Positions 1 to 13,269 of a DNA stretch of 64,000 nt are shown one piece after another (within the stretch, counting starts at the first letter, position 1; the number at the start of each line of letters is the position of its first letter). The notes under the pieces were generated by a model, which was given only the letters and a program-made list of their open reading frames with translations, was not told where the DNA came from and did no database searches. The translations under genes were made by a program, and so were the position numbers. The stretch lies in NCBI GenBank assembly GCA_010093815.1, contig ML996574.1; one strand, written 5' to 3'. The stretch comes from Pseudovirgaria hyperparasitica (taxonomy: Eukaryota).

Positions 1-1084
1 CTTAACTATAACTATAACCTTTCTCTAGAATAGCTATAATCTACTTATAGTAGTCTACGCCTTAAGAATAATAGAGATTCTAGTATATAGAGTAGTTCTA
101 GTTCTACTCTAGTAATCTATATAGAAAGAATAGTAGAAAGTATATTAGAAGATATATTATATAGAGATTACTTATCTAGTATAGAGTACTATCTATATAT
201 TAGAGTATAATATTATACTATTCTATAACTAGCTTACTCTATAATCTAACTAGAAGAAGATCTATAATCTTATTATAGTTTAGTATATTCTATCTTCTTA
301 TATTCTAGTTATAGTTCTTAATAATACTAATACTAAGACTAAGGGTAGGCTAGTTATATAGTATTTATCTATTTATATAAAATATCTAGATAAATAGATT
401 TATATAGTAGAGAATCTTCTTAATATACTATAGAATATTATTATAGAGATTCTAAAATATAGTATAATATAACCTACTCTACTTAGTCTAGTTATTATAG
501 ATATATAGCTATATATACTTTAGATTATTATAATTTAGTTATAGATTACTTATAAAATAGAGAAGCTTACTCTTTATAACTAGAGTATATATATCTTAAT
601 AGCTATTTCTTAGAAGAGTATTATATAGTATACTATTCTTAATATTAATCTTTATAGAAATAAATAATACTAACTAGTTATAGTATTATATACTCTATTA
701 GAGCTTCTCTATTATATAGTTTTAAATAATAGTACTATTCTAGGTCTATTATATCTATAAGAGAAGCTAGTATAAGACTAGAGAATATTCTAGTAGTACT
801 AGAATCTATACTTTATTAAAACTATAGTAAAATATCTAAATCTCTCTATTTACTCTTATTACTAGAATCTCTTTATACTAAAAGAGAGTATTATAGAATC
901 TATATATTATACTTAGATAGTAGAGAATATACTAAAAGTTACTTATAATAGAGTAGATAATATAGATATATAGAGTAGCTAGCCTAAGTTTATAGTAGTA
1001 GATATCTATTATATAGTATAGTAATTAATTATTTACTACTTTACAATACTAATATATAGATATTTAGTTTATCTAGAATTAATA

Positions 1085-1390
1085 TTATAGTATCTACTTA
1101 AGGGGATCTAGAGAAGACTTCTAATTATAATATAACTATTAGTATAGAGTATAGAGTATATATTACTAAGATAGTAACTCTAGTCTTATAATATACTCTA
1201 CCTAAGAATAATATTATAGTATTTACTAGAGAGTATCTAAGAAAGAGTTCTAGTTATAATATAACTACTAGTAAGAGATAGATAGTATCTATTATTAAGA
1301 TAGTAATTTCTATATTATAATAATTTAACTCTCTCTATATAAATAACTTTATAGTATCTACTATAAGAGATCTAGAGAGAAGTCTTTCTC
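1085..1390 (+). repeat. Degenerate tandem repeat, ~129-135 bp period, 2.3 copies
   Basis: ttatagtat(c/t)tact... recurs at 1085, 1214 and 1349; the first two units also share ttataatataacta and taagatagtaa. Periods of 129 and 135 are multiples of 3. Confidence 0.55.
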
Positions 1391-2150
1391 TATAACTAAA
1401 GATAGCTATTATAAAGTAGATATTAGTTCTAACTATAGTATAGAAGAAATTCTAAATATACTATCTAATAGATATTTATCTATTATAATACTTACTAATC
1501 TATCTATAGAACTATTTATTATCTAGAACTATTATAGATTAAATTAAATTAGCTTTTAAATAGATTAAGATCTAGCTAGCTATATACTAAAGAGAGTATA
1601 CTATAGTATATATAGAAGACTATTAGTATAGTATAGAGTTATTTAGAGAGTATTTAGATTACTTATAATATAATAGAATAATAATTAGAAGATATAATAG
1701 AGTTAGTATTAATATTAGTAGATTTAGCTCTTAAAATATAATTATTATAGAGAATAAAGTATAAAGAGAATAATAATTTAATATTATAGAGAACTAGAGA
1801 GAAGAAGTTAGTATAAATACTATTATAATATAATAATCTAAGAGAATATAAATAGAAATTAGTATAGAGTATCTAAAACTATTATAGAGATAGAAGTAGA
1901 GAATAACTCTAAAGATAGATTATATTATAGATTAGACTACTATTAAATAAATTTAGACTTCTTAAATAGTATAATAGATTAAGAAGAGAGAATAGAGAGA
2001 AGAGAAAAAAATTAAAGTTAGAGTCTTAGATATACTAGAAGCTAGAAGAACTATAGCTAAGATAAATTTTTAACTCTTAAATCTACTATTAAATATAATA
2101 CTAGAGACTTATAAATTAATCTTATCAATAATTATAGCTCTATATATAAT

Positions 2151-2329
2151 AAAAAGTATATAAAAATACTTATTCTAAGTAAAGATAAAAAATAATTAGA
2201 TAGATTTTTAATTAAGAGTATAGTTAATTTATTATATAGAAAAAGATATTTTTTTATTATAATTCTAGTATAGATACTAGTAGAAGCTAGTAAAAATATT
2301 ATATCTTTTTATTATTTCTTTAGAATTTA
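2151..2329 (+). repeat. ~180-bp dispersed repeat, copy 1 (homologous to 34602-34780)
   Basis: Collinear blocks aaaaagtatataaaaatacttatt / tagattttta / tagttaattta / attatatctttttat / gaattta are shared with 34602-34780. Confidence 0.8.
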
Positions 2330-2880
2330 TACTAGATCTATTATAGCTAGTTAATATTATTATATAAGTAGTATACTCTATTATTAGAGTAGTAGCTTTA
2401 AGATTTAGTTCTTTTATAGTATAGATAGTTAATATATAGAGTCTATTATCTTATAAATAGTTAATAAAGTATATAAGTTAGTATTTCTTAGAAGTAAACC
2501 TTACTCTCTAGTATTTTATCTATTAGATATATCTAGTATATTAGAATAAATATTTCTATTATTTATAAGATTAGTTTAAAGAGATTTATATTATATAAAT
2601 ACTATAGCTAATTATTATATATATTATATATTTTATAAGTCTAATAAGATATAAACCTAGTAGTATAGATTATATTTATATACTTATATTTCTTATTATT
2701 AGTCTTTTTTAGAGATTAAGTTAATAGAAGACTTAATAAAATTAATATAAGAGAATTTTAGATAGAAAAGCTATTAGAAATATACTTTAACTCTATTAGA
2801 AAGAACTCTAGATTTAATATTAAGATAGTATTCTATAGAACTTATATATAAATATCTTTAAATTTTAATATCTTATTATT

Positions 2881-3420
2881 AATAGAAGAGAAGAAGATAT
2901 ATTTTAAGTTTCTTACTATATCTATACTAGAATTAAAATATTAGACTTATTCTTAAGTTTAAAGAGAGTATATCTATTAGTAATATATATATAGCTTATA
3001 TTATTATAGAGATTCTAGTAGTCTATATAGATAGTACTCTATTAAAATTAGAGTATAAGACTATTTTTAATATTAATATCTCTTTATTAATAGAGAGAGA
3101 GAAAATATCTTTTATCTTTCTTAGTAGATCTATAGTAGAATTCTAAGAAGAGTATTATTCTAAAGTTTTATATAAGTATAGCTATTATTAATAGCTATAT
3201 ATAGATTATCTTTTATCTAGAATCTAGTAGTCTATAGAGATAGTACCTTATTAAATTAAAAGTATTTAAACTTTAATACCTCTTATAAATAGAACTAGAA
3301 GAAATATTCTTTATCTTTCTTAATAAATCTATAGTAGAATTCTATAAAGGGTATTATTCTAAAATTTTAAGAGAGTATAGCTATTACTAATAGCTATATA
3401 TAGCTTATCTTATATAAAAA
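2881..3420 (+). repeat. Degenerate tandem repeat, ~200-208 bp period, ~2.7 copies
   Basis: Units begin near 2881, 3089 and 3289. They share motifs such as tctata(c/g)tagaatt, ttattct, agtata(t/g)ctatta and tatatatag(c/a)ttat; units 2 and 3 are the most similar. Confidence 0.7.
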
Positions 3421-4449
3421 GTAGTAGTATTCTATATAAAGTTAACTAGTATAGACTCTAAATTTAGTACTAAGCTATTTATATACTATTTATATCTTAT
3501 AAGTATAAATAGGGAGTTAATAATATATATATATAGTCTATTCACGCCCTATTAATAAGTAAGTAAATACCTAGTATATAGCTACCTAATTAACTAGGGA
3601 TATACCGGTCCTAGAGGGGTATAAATAATATACTAACTAGTAGACTAAACTATCTCTTCTATATACTCGACTATAAATCTAATATCTAAGGAGGTATAGA
3701 GATAGATAGAAGTTAACGTATAAACCGTAATAATAGACTAGAGAATAGTACCTAACTTACTATATGATTATATATATCGCGTCTAGTCTAAAATAATAAT
3801 AATTACTACCATAAGGTAATAATGAAAATCACTACTATAAGATAATAAGGATTACTACTACTACGGTAGTAATTATCATCACCACGACGGGGCTTATTCA
3901 TAGTATGGTAGTTATCTACCCGGCACTAAGGGCATAGGTATAAAGGGAGCTATCAACTAAGGAATCAAACTATCCTCCGTAAATAACCTATAACAGGTTA
4001 AATGGGCGGATTCTCTTTAAAATCGTTAATTATAAAGGGTGTATAATCCACGACCCAATGGCGTGCGTTAAGTCCAGTCACGAAGGCCTATTAGGGGAGG
4101 GGGGGTAATGTATACAATAATGATGATAACTATCACTACGGAACGATGATAATCATTACCACGATAGGTGGTTAGGGAAGCCTAGTATTAAGAAACAGTT
4201 TCCTATGAGCCCGGTGGAAACAGGTCGAACAACGCTCACTTATAAGCGGTCCGCTTGTAGCTTAACCCTACGCTACTAAAGTTAAGACTATTATATAGTT
4301 CGTTATATGCTATTCCAGACGACATATCTAGAAGGTTTACCGTTCTATATACGCCGACGTACGGACCTATAAGAGTAGCGTTTATAGTATATTAAATCTC
4401 AGGGTATTCAAAGGTCATAGAAGCGTCTGGAATCGGCGATTCCAGGTAC

Positions 4450-6568
4450 TTATTTATATTAAGTGATGAAGTTCGTAGATGCGTACGAAAATATAAAGAA
4501 CTAAGAATTAATAAGACGGCTGAATGCCCACTCTTTTAGTATTACGGTCTAGCTATTAGTCTACGGCTATAGTATTATAGTCATAAGCCTACCCCAGTAC
4601 TAGATTATAATTTACTAATAACTACTTGAATCTTATACGCATGTCCGCACTTAAGAAAAACCCAACCCTTTAACTACTTAAGTCCATGTCGATATTATTA
4701 GGGTCGGTCGAATCTACCAACGAGGGCGGCGGGAAATCTAGGTTAGATCTAGGGAACGCTATATTATAGTAAAGTTCTTCAACTGCGTGTTCGTCCTTAA
4801 AAGGGCCATAATTAGCGAGATACTATACCTAGGTAGTAAGCGGCCGGTCTTAGTTAATGATAATGCCACTATTAGGCATGCTAGGCTGTGTATCGATCGT
4901 TGGCTATTTAGATAGATCTAAGATCCGCGACCCAGAATCACCCTCACCATCCGATGCGATAGCATCGGTGCCCTTGGGAGATATATACGATGACGTGGTA
5001 GTAATAGTCGGCATGGTCAGCGTAATTAAAGGAAAAACAGGAGGAGGGTTAAGGTCCGTAGAAGGTCCTAGAATCGGCGATTCCACACGTTCCTTGGAAA
5101 CAGTACCAGAGTCTACGAGGGGGTCTAGGGAGTTTATCTATGTAGTATTGTCGGGCACATCATCCAAAACCTTAGAGGCGTCTATAATCGCCGATTCTAG
5201 TGCCTCCTCTAGTATCTCGTCACTAAGTTTAACGCGCTTAACGGCCTTACTTAAATCGCTATGCGACGCTATACGCTTCTTCCTTATAGTTACTTCGGCT
5301 ATAGAAGACTTTTCGGCGGTGTCGGCTAGCGGCTTCATGCGACGTAATAAATCCTCTTCGTCACTCTCGTCGACTTCCTTAGGCGGGTCAAGGTCGGGAT
5401 CGTCATACTTCAGCTCATCCCGAACTTACTATATGGCGAGCTAATACGCAAAGCCAATATTAGACCAATGATCATGGAAAATTGGACGACCGAGCGACTC
5501 CCTAAGTTGGCGAAGTACGGCGAGTTATCGCTCCCGATAATTAGTAGGAGTCTCGAATCTAGGTTCTTTACATACGGGCTAGGCGAGCCAAAGACGAAGA
5601 CCCTCTACGAGAATTTTAGGGCTCCACACAAGTCTCTCGAGCCGCTCATAGGGTGGAATCAAACGGTAGTATTCCTTGGAGCTATGGAAGTGTAGATCGA
5701 TGCAGGTATTAGGTCCACAGCCGCCCGCTCTGGCACCACCTAGTATATATGTAATCTTCGCGATAAAAGTAAATCTAGCATAGAGCTTGCCTTAATTCTC
5801 GAGACGCGAAATTCTCTCCGCTACAGCCAACCAGAACTACGTAACGTAGTAGTATCCAACCAAGCGGTAGATAATAGGTTTACCTATTACTAGTCGATCG
5901 ATAAAGAAAGCTATCGCCCAAGGTCGTAGACACCCACTAGGAAGCTTTGGGTCGTTAGAGATTGTGAAGTCACCATCGTTTTTTTTGCGCTTTAGCGCTT
6001 TAGCCTTTTTTACAGCTGCGGCTATAACTAGAGTAGTGCTAGTCGGCTTTGCGGTGTCGGTTTAGTTTACCTTTGATCTTTTCGATGGCGTTCTAACTAC
6101 TTTCCGGGCTTTGGATTTTAACGGTATTCGCGGTGGTAGCAAGTTAGAGGCATCGGGTTCGGAGTCCGGATTATTAGGAAGTTCGCCATCTGCAGGCGGA
6201 GGTATAGAACCCAAATCATTAGTATTATCTTCGGGTTCCTTTGCCGAAGATAGTTCCGTAGTAGGGTGTAGCGTTTCTATAGTCGGCTCTTTTACTACTA
6301 TACTATTCTTAAGTGGCGGTGCGGTCTTAGACGTTTTGCCGGTCTTATTTATAACAGGATCGGCGGTATTTTTAGTCTTAGAACCCTTCTTCTTCTTCTT
6401 CGCGGGGGATAGTTTATCGGTTACTAGAGGACGGGCTACCACAGCTCGACCATGTATAACGTTATCCCTGATTATATCCTCGACGAAACGTGTACGGTTA
6501 GTATAAACTTCCTAAGACAGAGCTAACTTAACACTAGCGGCGCGAGCCGCATGTACACGAGGTGTCAT
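4450..6568 (-). pseudogene. Element gene A: ~700-aa unknown protein with basic Lys run (possible NLS), low-complexity segments and a C-terminal LKCGH (possible RING-like) motif
   Basis: ATG at 6568 (MTPRVHAARA...). ORF-track pieces 6062-6442, 5138-5338 and 4904-5086 appear to be parts of this gene, separated by TAA/TAG; a small intron is possible. 3' end uncertain. Confidence 0.55.
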
Positions 6569-6596
6569 CGGTGTGTATTAGATAGGTAGTTCTACG

Positions 6597-6724
6597 GCAG
6601 ACGGTTAGTATAGAACATGTATATCTTAAGAAGGGCCTGGAATCGTCGATCGCAGACGGTTATAGGGAACATGTATATCTTAAGAGGGGTCTAGAATCGT
6701 CGATCCCAGACGGTTATAGGGAAA
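6597..6724. repeat. ~54-bp tandem repeat (2.3 copies), each unit carrying the 19-bp palindrome
   Basis: agacggtta...gaacatgtatatcttaaga(a/g)ggg(c/t)ct(g/a)gaatcgtcgatc(g/c)c occurs twice, followed by a third agacggttatagggaa. Confidence 0.85.
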
Positions 6725-6769
6725 GACTATAGAGTGTATATAATGACGAATGCGCGGGTATTGGAATCG

Positions 6770-7700
6770 CTAATCCCAAGGATCACTAAAGCCGGGATTC
6801 AACATACCTAGAAACTTAATGGCGCGCGTTTCGATCGACGGGAATACAATACTAAAGAATATTAGTGGATGATAGTAATTCGTATGATTAGAAACCCACT
6901 AGACAATAGGTGCAATGTTAAGCATATCCTCCGCCAATGGCACGACGAGTAAGATATCGAATAGTATTTTATTATTATTAGAGTCCTCGAAAGCCATTCG
7001 TATACCGAGAAGGGTAGAATAGGCTCCGGCGTCCATAGCCTATCTATACTTCGATGTTCCGAGGACAGGACAAAGAATCCGAGCGACGCTACTAACATCC
7101 GGGTCCCAATAATTAACCGTAGTTTCGACGATGCTTTTATACAAACCTCTTAGGACGTCACGACGTTTTTTCATATCTAACTTCGTCTTTACGCATATTA
7201 GTATAGCCACGTGTATAATGATTTTTGCATTAAGATTATATGGCTCCGTTACCAGAATTTCCTCGGATTCCAAAACCTTATAATCCGCGAGGGCGGCCAC
7301 GAGTTCCGGACCGGCTCCTTTACGGATAACTACGTTAATACCACCGAAACGATTAGCATCCAATTACCTCTACGCAGCGTTCACTAAACAGACGTCCTTC
7401 TCCAGCATCTGCATAATATTACCGACCACGAACTTTACGCTGTTCATGCGTGACGGCATTGGTTTTTTATAAGATTAATAGAAACGATCGTTCCCTACTA
7501 GATTATTCAGGTCTTAAAGTGTCCATTAGGCATGGCGTATGGATCTAGAAGTTTTGGCCGGTTCCGAAGGTCTAGCATCTTCCACGGGTAGCGGAGCTAA
7601 TTATACCGCCTTCTCTTTTCCTTTGCTTGGCTTGGTCGGAAGGCTCTAATCGCCTGCTATTTTATTAAACCTATATAATCTATTTAGAGGCGTCTGTGAA
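6770..7700 (-). pseudogene. Element gene B: unknown protein, RIP-broken
   Basis: The frame of ORF 7040-7363 continues on both sides through TAG/TAA (MPSRMNSVKFVVGNIMQMLEKDV... upstream, ...MDAGAYSTLLGIRMAF... downstream). No family recognised; start uncertain. Confidence 0.4.
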
Positions 7701-8351
7701 TTGCGATTACTAATGAGATGAACGAACGAATTGTAAGACTTGTTAACGTATACGAGAGTAAGTAAGTTAATATAGAAGAGAGGAAATTATAAGGTGGTAT
7801 ATATTCATATACCTTCGTGCGAATACCAAGCTAGTCTCGTTTAGGCAGTGACATTATAAAAGTAAATAGAGGTTAATGAACCGGACACAATATAGATAAG
7901 TAGTAAAGTAAAGTAATACTAAGTAAATGAAATGAACCCTCCCTTACGTCGCGTAAGTCGGAATAATATAATACTAGTTCGAAGCCCATACTCACGTATA
8001 CTAAGATGTTACTAGGAGTAAAAGGCTGTCGGCGCTCGACGTTTCCAGACGCCTCTAGTACGGAGTGGAACCACGTTTTAAAGGTATGGAAAACAAGTAT
8101 AGGAATGCTTAACGGAGCGTGTGAGACAGTATTAGAAATTATAATGATATTTAACTAGGCGTCGATTATGAAAGTAAGGAGATATAATAAGCCATGAGGA
8201 CAACCATCCTTATATAGACTATTAAAGGAAAGATACTAGTAGCCACGAACACAATGAAATAACCAGTGGAATATAAATACACGCTGTTAAAGAAAAGTAC
8301 CAACCATAGACGCGACTAGAAACGCCGATTCCAATCCCTCCTAGAAGACGG

Positions 8352-11300
8352 TTAAGCCTTATCATCATCTCCACCTGTGTTTATTAGTATCTCATCTATT
8401 ATAAACTACTCTACCATATAAGTAGTCCAGTCCTTATTAACGAATCGTTCGGCAGCGTGTTCTATTAGGAAGAGATCTTCATAGTCTTCGATCAACTACA
8501 TTATGCGGATCGTAGGCTCTAATATAGATCTTAATAATGTTATTTTCTCGCTGGCTTCTCGCAGCGAATGGATCCTGTCTCTACTATCTACCTCGTCCTC
8601 ACCATGACCATAGGTACTACGCTTAGTAGGGTCCTCATCTAGGCGGTTATTAGAGCGGCGCATAGTATCACTAATAATGTCAAATATACCAGTAGCCCTC
8701 TCCGTTAGATCGGTGACACCTAGCCCCTCGCTTTAGTTAATAACGACACCACGGTTGAATATTAGGAGGCGTTTTATGACTTCAAGCACGGGAACAGCCA
8801 TGGATTCCGGTTTACATAGCTTCTTAAACTCCGGATCGTCTTCATGGATAATTAGATCGAAATCGTGGTACACATCTCTAATTATAGGATACCAGCCCTT
8901 AAGAATAGGCGGAATAATAACATCGAGAGTAGTGTCGAGGGTACCGTCCACGAGACTAGATAGAGTAGTAAACATCTTAGGCAATGCTCGGCGAGTCATG
9001 GCCATGGACATTTCAGATGCCCATGTGTTTAGCATGTAGTACTTAGAAAGCAGGGTCGGTAAGAGCTATTCAAGTCGAAATATGCGACCTAAGAGCTGCC
9101 GCAGGAGAGTGAGATTGGCTGGATAAGAAAAGAAATGAACATTTCTATTCACCTTCTATAAATTAAAACCAACCCCTATAATTCCGCATATATTAACGAA
9201 CCAATCGATCCGGGAGGGAACTCTATTAATGTCGTCCTAATAGGTATTATCGCCGTCTAAGAACGCACTAGGATCGGCGATTCCAGGCGCCTCTAGTAGG
9301 TCGTCCTCATCACCGGCAATATCGTTAGGCGTGGTCTTATTAAAGGCAGAGTCCATCTTCTAGTTAAATAGTCTATACTTTTATTATCTAGTTGGCGCGT
9401 CGTCTTCGGCAAAGACGCGTCCGACGTACTTAAAGCCCATTAGCCGTAACATGTAACATACTAACTCACGCTCAATAGGATATTACACCTATACGATGCC
9501 CTTCTCCTGGTACTTAAAGTACTGCGTTATAGCTTGTATAGCGAGTGCTACGAGCCGAGGGGACCAGTCAAACAGAATACCTAGTAGTGCCACTAGCACG
9601 TTCTCTACTTCGTTAACTAGCTTAGTAAGTCCACCCTTAGGATGGCTTCGATCACGAGCTTAGGCGATATTTAGTAGGAAAGCGTATATCCAACGCGGGC
9701 TCTCGTTCTTAGAGCTAGGACGAGGGAATTTTGGCTTCTATTCATTATCTTTCCTTAACGCTACTGTGTCCCTACGCATGAAAAAGTGTAAATACCCAAT
9801 ATAGACAATAGTAGACATCAGCACTAAGTTCCGCTATATGCGGGAGTTCAGGCTCAATTCCGAGGGTCGGTAAGGATTCGGCTAAATAAGCTTCTTTTAG
9901 GTCTCCTCGCTAATCGTGTCGTACTTAGCCTACACCTCTAGTAGATACGCCACTTTAATCTATACCCTTTCGGCCCGCGGAATATAGTTACGGATCAAAG
10001 TAGCATTATTATCACCATACCGTGAGTCGTTCGTGCGGCGAAGTACAAATACTCCGTATATTATACTTAAGTACTAGCCTTGCACCAGCTCTAATGGCGG
10101 CTTGGGATTATTACGGCCGGAACCCAGGCACTAGTACTCAAAGGCCGGAGAAGTTAGATACATACCTAGGACACGATCTAGTTTTTCCTGCGAAACGTCC
10201 GGATATAGTCTTACTATCATCGATAGAAACTTATATAGGTTAGACTTCGCCTTAAATGGCGGCTATATACCGGAAATACCGTTGAAATAATCGTCGAGGG
10301 ATGCGCTCTATTATATGACTTTAAGAAGACCCTATATATCACCAGCGAAGTTATAGACGGGAGTACCAGTCACGAGGACGTAGTGTTTAATGTTAAGCTC
10401 GCAGATGGACTGGTTAGTCGTAGAGTTAACATTCCGGAAGCCGTGTGCTTCGTTAGCTACCGCATAGTCGAAGCACTAAGCGAGGTTCTAAGGGGCATTA
10501 TATAGAAAATGCTGCTTCTCCATATATTTCATTTCTACCAATGCGACGGCGTCCTAATTTCTAGATTTAATATTCTAGAACTCCGCGTACCCTCGTATTT
10601 CCTCCCTCTACCTAGTAAGGCTATAACGGGCGTTGAACGTTACGTAGAATATTAAGATAATAGTGCGGGCGTTAATCTCCTCCGGTCTAAAGTACTAACT
10701 CTTCTATATTAAGATACCTACTAAACGCGTAGTACCAGTAGCTGATTTCCCGACCCTACTATCGCTGTGACTAGTAATGACACGGAAGAGCGAGGAAAAG
10801 TCCGCAATCTGCTCGGCGGTTTAGGTAAGGAGATTTACGGGTACTAATAGTAGGGCGGGCTTCGGAGGAGACACTAGGATACCCTTCTCGCGATTGGCGA
10901 TGCGCTCGTTAATCAACTACATTTCAGTTAGATATGTGTAGGCGCGTCTAGAATCGGCGATTCTAGAGGCCACTAGGGGAAGGAACTTACATGTAGCCAG
11001 TGCGCCAAAAGTATAAATGTTTTACCTAGTCCAACACCATCTACCAATACCACACCCCGTGAAACCGAACTATCCATGCTCTTTCGGAGCTACTAAGCTC
11101 CTATAAGTTACTACTAATATAGAGTAACGCCAGGATTCATGTTAAGAATCCGAGGTTTTCGGGTACTAGTGACTTGGAGACCCACCGCGGCTGTAATATA
11201 GTCTTATGGTTAGGCGGCGCCGTTATTACTCTAGTCATTTAACCAATCCTATAGTTTACTTCTCTTCTCGCTGCCCGACTTTAACTGATCTATAATTAGC

Positions 11301-12838
11301 ACTATATCACTAAGATCCGTGTTAATACGTGCGGTGATTGCCGCCTTATTATTATTCGCTTAAATAACCTCGTTAGTTTCAATCTCGGAGATCTTTTAAG
11401 TACCGCTTAAGCCCTTCATAAGATTCTTAATAGTAAGGTAAGAGTGGTACGGACACGTTCCTAGTTTAAGATAATCCGGATTAACGACGTCACGATCCTT
11501 ATAAGTTACCGTAAGCGTGGCCTAGAGCTCTTCTTCGGAGGGGAGACTCTCGAGATATGACCTAGCGAATGTACGCCGATCGCCTATATTAATGCCCTCG
11601 TCTTCGACTATAAATTCTAGATTATTATAGGTATCTATCGATGCTCCCGATGGATTTAGACCGCGTTTCTATATATTAGTCCACGCCTTAGTATAGTACT
11701 CGGGCAATTTTTTCCTTAGTGCCTTTATAGGCTTCAAGGAACGTTTTAGTTTTACTAGGGCAGCTATAGGTCCTTCTTTTATAGTAGCATCTAGTATAGC
11801 TAGTGCGTCTGGCATGGGTGCGTCGAGGAGCGAGTTCGGATCTATCGCTTAGATGTCTTCCATCAGGTCCTAATCTGCAGCATCGCTAGTATTCTCACCA
11901 AGTTCCCCATTCCGGTTAGTGGTAGAGTTACCATCGGCGGCTTAGTATTGATCTAAACGCCTTCTAGCTTTTTTCTTAGAAGGGCCTATAATCGTCGATC
12001 CTAGACGGGCCTATAGAGTAATTAGTGGATAAGTAGGGGGAACCTAGTTAGCAGGAACTTTCCGAGGCATTATAGACATCTACCTCGCGTTAGCATAGAC
12101 AATTTTTATGCGAAAGTTGTCCTCGTATTCTTGCCCTTGGTTACGGGCATGGCGTCGGTATTTAAGTACATCGTTAAATAGAAGATATTTATCGTTCTCC
12201 GATATACGCATTCGCGAAAGAGGATTCGTACGATTAGAAGACAGCTTAAGATCCATCCGGAGAATAAGAGACGCGCGCTACTAGTAATCTTCCCATTCAC
12301 TACGACTAGCGGCTGTTGCTACAAGGTAATGGGCACGGTCTTCTTTAATAAGTTCCATAGCTAAAGTGAACTAGCTAAACGGATGCGAACCTTCCAGAAT
12401 CCGCGGGTCAAAGAACTCTACATAGTATTCATTAAGCAAGGCGTTAACTTCAGGATCCTAGAATAAAATGGCTACTTTAACCACGCTAATTCCGAGGTCA
12501 GAGGCAATCTTACTAAGGCGACGGTCCTTTTCCAGCCTAGGTTCCTTTTTACACTCCTATCTAGCCTCTTTTCCCGGCTTTAGCTCGATAGGTGCGCCTT
12601 TTCCTACTTCGCCTGCTTCCTCCTCTATAGCAGCGACCTCGAGAAATCGCTCCATGGCTTTAGGATTGTAGCCTATTAAGCTACTACCTACGATAAGAGC
12701 GGATAAGGTAGCATATTTCTTCTATAACGCTGCTCTGGTTTCGCGAATCTCTTTAGTAGCTACATCTAAAAACGGATCGAGAAAATCATTATCTTCTTCC
12801 TCTTATGCTTAAATATTAACTAGAAGAAAAGGAGCCAT
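8352..12838 (-). pseudogene. Element gene C: SNF2/SWI2-family (SF2) ATPase/helicase, ~1,470 aa, with a 74-nt intron at 10917-10990; RIP-broken
   Basis: Motif I RGVVLVDGVGLGKT (~11020-11060), Ia PALLLVP, II VA(N<D)EAHGFRN (~10450), III VLVTGTP, V GVGFNL*, VI QLLGRIFRL (~9080). Intron GTAAGT...CTAAC...TAG in phase 0. Long N-terminal extension from ATG 12838. Confidence 0.85.
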
Positions 12839-13269
12839 AATCTCTAGAAGGGTCTGTAAACGGCGATCGGTGGGTTGAATATATATATATCGAAAAAATG
12901 AGATTACGTAAGAAAATAGTAAAATGATATAGAAGAGATGGAGAGAGTTAACGGAAATAATATATATAAATATATATTTTGGGTCTTGTCACGTGTTATT
13001 ATACAACCTCCTTACGTTACGTCATGACGTGTCACAAGTGAAGTGAATTAACCTATCGGTTTTATTAGAAATTCCAGCCCCTACTCTAGGAATCGCTATT
13101 TACAGGGTGCCCTATAGTTAAGGTCGTAGATCCTAGTTCTTATACTCTTATACTAAATGCGCAACTGCGTTGCTGGGAGAATCCTTTTCACGTCTCCCTC
13201 TTTATATTCTATTTAATATAGGGCGACGTGGATTAAGAGCACTGACTCACGGACGTTATCTATGGGCAT

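Noticed and set aside
1..3500. Telomere adjacency suggested by the TLH-type helicase
   Set aside because: No (TTAGGG)n/(CCCTAA)n array is visible; chromosomal position cannot be inferred.
4857..8755. Plus-strand ORFs 4857-5444, 5468-5695, 6111-6506 (also 8755-9039, 12468-12671, 16280-16513)
   Set aside because: Antisense shadows of the RIP-broken minus-strand genes; no family motifs.
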